This document shows, piece after piece, positions 61,322 to 64,000 of a DNA stretch of 64,000 nt; position 1 is the stretch's first letter, and the number at the start of each line of letters is the position of its first letter. The DNA is from an uncultured Gemmatimonadales bacterium (GTDB lineage: Bacteria > Gemmatimonadota > Gemmatimonadetes > Longimicrobiales > RSA9): NCBI GenBank assembly GCA_963708135.1, contig OY970192.1, forward strand, positions 2,976,001 to 3,040,000, given 5' to 3'. A program made the position numbers and the translations under genes. Under the pieces are notes generated by a model that searched no databases, was not told where the DNA came from, and was given only the letters and a program-made list of their open reading frames with translations.

Positions 61322-62572
61322 ATGCGACGTAGCCGCCTCGCCCTCGTCGCCTTCCTCCTCGTGCCCGCCGCCGCGAGCGCGCAGGCCGGCACGGCCGCGC
61401 CGCGGCCCGTCACCCTCCACGCCGCGCGACTGATCGACGGCCGCGGCCACCTGGTGCGGGATGCCACGCTCACCGTGGCGGGCGGGAAGATCACGGGCGT
61501 GCGCGCGGGCGCCGCCGGCGCGGCCGACTACGAGCTCGGGGACGCCACGCTCCTGCCCGGGCTCATCGACGTGCACGCCCATATCGCCTGGTACTTCAAC
61601 CGGCAGGGCCGCCTCCACACGCGCCGCGACGGCGATACGCCGCAGGAGGAGCTTCTTTCCGCCGCGGCCAACGCGTATGCCACCCTCATGGCCGGCTTCA
61701 CCACGATCCAGAGCCCCGGCTCGCCGGAGGACGCCGACCTGCGCGACTGGATCGCCACGCAGGGGCTTCCCGGCCCCCGCATTCTGACCTCGCTCCAGCC
61801 GCTCTCGAGCGACACCCTCTCGCCCGACCACCTGCGCGAGATCGTGCGCGAGCGGAAGAAGCAGGGCGCGGACTTCATCAAGATCTTCGCCTCGAAGAGC
61901 ATCCGCGACGGCGGCGCCCGGACCTGGTCCGACGCCCAGCTCTCCGCCGCGTGTGGCGAGGCGAAGGCGCTGGGGCTCAGGACGCTGGTCCACGCCCACA
62001 GCGACGCGGCCGTCCGTGCCGCCACGCTGGCCGGCTGCACCGAGGTCGAGCACGGCATCTTCGTCGCCGACAGCACGCTGGCCCTGATGGCGCGCACCCA
62101 CACGCTCTTCGACCCGCAGTGCTCGCTCGTCTTCACGAACTACCTCGACCACCGCGCCAACTACCAGGGCATCGGCAACTACAACGACGCCGGCTTCGCC
62201 TCGATGGAGAAGGCGATCCCCCTCGCCGTGGACGGCGTGAGACGGGCCCTGGCCACGCCCGGCATCGAGGTCCCTTACGGCACGGACGCCGTGGCCGGCG
62301 CCGACGGCCGCAACGCCGAGGACCTGGTCTGCCGCGTCCAGAAGGCCGGCCAGGCGCCGATGGACGCGCTCACCTCGGCGACCTCGACGAGCGCCCGCTC
62401 CCTCGGCCTCGGCGACGAGATCGGCACGCTCGCGCCCGGCTACGACGCCGACGTGATCGCCGTGGCCGGCGACCCGCTGAAGGACATGACAGCCGTGCGC
62501 CGGGTGGTCTTCGTGATGAAGGGTGGAGTGGTCTACAGGAACGTGGCGGTGGCGCGGACGCAGGCGCGGTGA
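61322..62572 (+). CDS. Metal-dependent amidohydrolase, exported
   Basis: PGLIDVHAH, IKIFAS, VHAH, EHG, GTDA, GTLAPGYDAD. Confidence 0.88.
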   Translation: MRRSRLALVAFLLVPAAASAQAGTAAPRPVTLHAARLIDGRGHLVRDATLTVAGGKITGVRAGAAGAADYELGDATLLPGLIDVHAHIAWYFNRQGRLHTRRDGDTPQEELLSAAANAYATLMAGFTTIQSPGSPEDADLRDWIATQGLPGPRILTSLQPLSSDTLSPDHLREIVRERKKQGADFIKIFASKSIRDGGARTWSDAQLSAACGEAKALGLRTLVHAHSDAAVRAATLAGCTEVEHGIFVADSTLALMARTHTLFDPQCSLVFTNYLDHRANYQGIGNYNDAGFASMEKAIPLAVDGVRRALATPGIEVPYGTDAVAGADGRNAEDLVCRVQKAGQAPMDALTSATSTSARSLGLGDEIGTLAPGYDADVIAVAGDPLKDMTAVRRVVFVMKGGVVYRNVAVARTQAR

Positions 62573-62592
62573 GGGGGGCGAGTGTCCGCGCA

Positions 62593-62626
62593 GCCCCGAG
62601 CGGCGGACGAGAACGCCGCTCGGGGC
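62593..62626. terminator. Hairpin between convergent genes
   Basis: GCCCCGAGCGGCG-N8-CGCCGCTCGGGGC. Confidence 0.6.
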
Positions 62627-62641
62627 GCGCTACCGTGTGGC

Positions 62642-63076
62642 CTACTCGAAGAGCAGCCAGGCCGGCTCGCCGCTCGAGCGGGAGAGATCCACGGCCCGCT
62701 TCACGGCCGCCGTCCTGGCGCTCCGGGAGGCGCCGGCCGGGACCTCGACCATGCCCGCGCCGTCGCGCGGCACCATCCCCGTCCGCCCGCCCGCGCACTG
62801 CACCGTGATCGTCATGGGGCTGTAGATGCCGAACGTGATGACCGTGGCGACCTCGTTCAGGAAACTGTGCTGCGTCTCCACCCTGGCCACGCCATTGGGG
62901 CACTTCGAGGCCGTCTCGACGATGGGTGGCGGCACCAGGCCGTCGAGGAAGCTGTTGGCCCACGGCTTCGTCACGACCTGGCCGTTCGGCTGCAGGCCGG
63001 TCTCGATGATGGCGTGGTAGCACCCCGCCATGGCCAGGAAGCTGACCAGCAGGAATGCGTTGCGGATCGACCGCAT
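62642..63076 (-). CDS. Bor/Iss-like lipoprotein
   Basis: AMAGC lipobox; CPNGVARVETQHSFLN...TFGIYSPMTITVQC; GGAGG RBS. Confidence 0.75.
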   Translation of the reverse strand: MRSIRNAFLLVSFLAMAGCYHAIIETGLQPNGQVVTKPWANSFLDGLVPPPIVETASKCPNGVARVETQHSFLNEVATVITFGIYSPMTITVQCAGGRTGMVPRDGAGMVEVPAGASRSARTAAVKRAVDLSRSSGEPAWLLFE

Positions 63077-63231
63077 GGATACCTCCGTCGGTAGCAGGGA
63101 CGCGCTCGGCTCGGTAACGCAGCTGAATCGTGCCGACCTCTCGCCGCGCCCGGGGGGGCGCGCGTCGGCGGCCGTATGGATGCCGGCCAGGCTCGGGCAG
63201 GTCAAGGGCGCCATGTCGGCCGCCGAAACCG

Positions 63232-64000
63232 CTACCCCAGTGCCTGCGTCAGGTCGGCGATGACGTCCTCCGGATGCTCGATGCCGACCGAGAGCCGGAT
63301 CAGCGCGGGCGTGATCCCCATCTCGAGCTGCGCCTCCGGGGGCACGTCGGCGTGCGTCATGGTGGCCGGGTGCTCGGCCAGCGACTCGGTGCCGCCCAGC
63401 GAGACGGCGAGCTTGACGAGGTGCAGCCGGTTCAGCACGCCGAACGCCTCCGCCTCGCCGCCGTGCACCTCGAAGGAGAAGGTCGAGCCCGGCGCGTGGC
63501 AGTGGCGCCGGTAGACGTCGAGCCGGTCGCCGTCGCCTTCCTCGAGGAACCCGAGGTAATTCACCTTCTTCACGCGCGGGTGGTCGGCCAGGAACTCGGC
63601 CACGTAGCGGGCGTTCTTCATCTGACTCGTCATGCGCAGCTTCAGCGTCTCGAGCGAGCGCATGAGCAGCCAGCCCGTCCACGGGCTCGCCATGGTGCCG
63701 AGGATCGTGCGCATCCCGCGCACGACCGCGATGTGCTTCTCCGCGCCCAGGCAGCCACCGGCGATCAGGTCGCTGTGCCCGCTCACGTACTTGGTCAGCG
63801 AGTAGAGGACCAGATCCGCGCCGTGCGCCAGCGGCTGCTGCCAGAGCGGCCCGAGGAAGGTGTTGTCCACGGCGACGATCGGCCGCCGCGCGCCTCCCTC
63901 CTCCAGCTCCGCCGCCCGGGCGGCGCACGCCTCGATGTCCACGAGCGCGTTCGTCGGGTTGGCCGGGCTCTCGACGTAGATCATCGCCACCCGCCCCTCC
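63232..64000 (-). CDS. Cys/Met metabolism PLP enzyme (cystathionine gamma-synthase / methionine gamma-lyase family), partial
   Basis: ESPANP, VDNTF, SLTKYVSGHSD, AVSLGGTESL, IRLSVGIE. Confidence 0.9.
   Translation of the reverse strand, partial: EGRVAMIYVESPANPTNALVDIEACAARAAELEEGGARRPIVAVDNTFLGPLWQQPLAHGADLVLYSLTKYVSGHSDLIAGGCLGAEKHIAVVRGMRTILGTMASPWTGWLLMRSLETLKLRMTSQMKNARYVAEFLADHPRVKKVNYLGFLEEGDGDRLDVYRRHCHAPGSTFSFEVHGGEAEAFGVLNRLHLVKLAVSLGGTESLAEHPATMTHADVPPEAQLEMGITPALIRLSVGIEHPEDVIADLTQALG

Overview
High-GC bacterial chromosomal segment. Gene content (VPS10/BNR hydrolases, ADOP permease, RCC1/Ig lipoprotein, DUF4382, PadR-DUF2723) suggests Gemmatimonadota; this is an inference, not a computed placement. 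The main feature is a ~12 kb minus-strand operon for an actinobacterial-type (group 1h) high-affinity [NiFe]-hydrogenase: hypC, hypC-like, hypD, hypE, hypA, small and large subunits, accessory genes, protease and a double-SIS protein. It lacks hypB and hypF and shows truncations, a fusion and a pseudogene remnant. Also present are a KorABC-like 2-oxoacid oxidoreductase operon led by a small Cys-rich ORF, a SahR-like regulator with ahcY and a visible operator, a DES1-like (sphingolipid delta-4) desaturase, a diheme cytochrome c-TPR protein, two VPS10 paralogs (one with a CxxCH motif), a sugar ABC transporter, two unusual histidine kinases and three broken genes. Two clear and one weak intergenic arrays of palindromic units recur at 61-62 bp periodicity. 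No rRNA, tRNA, transposase or cas genes were seen. All family calls come from motif recognition by eye; no database searches were run.
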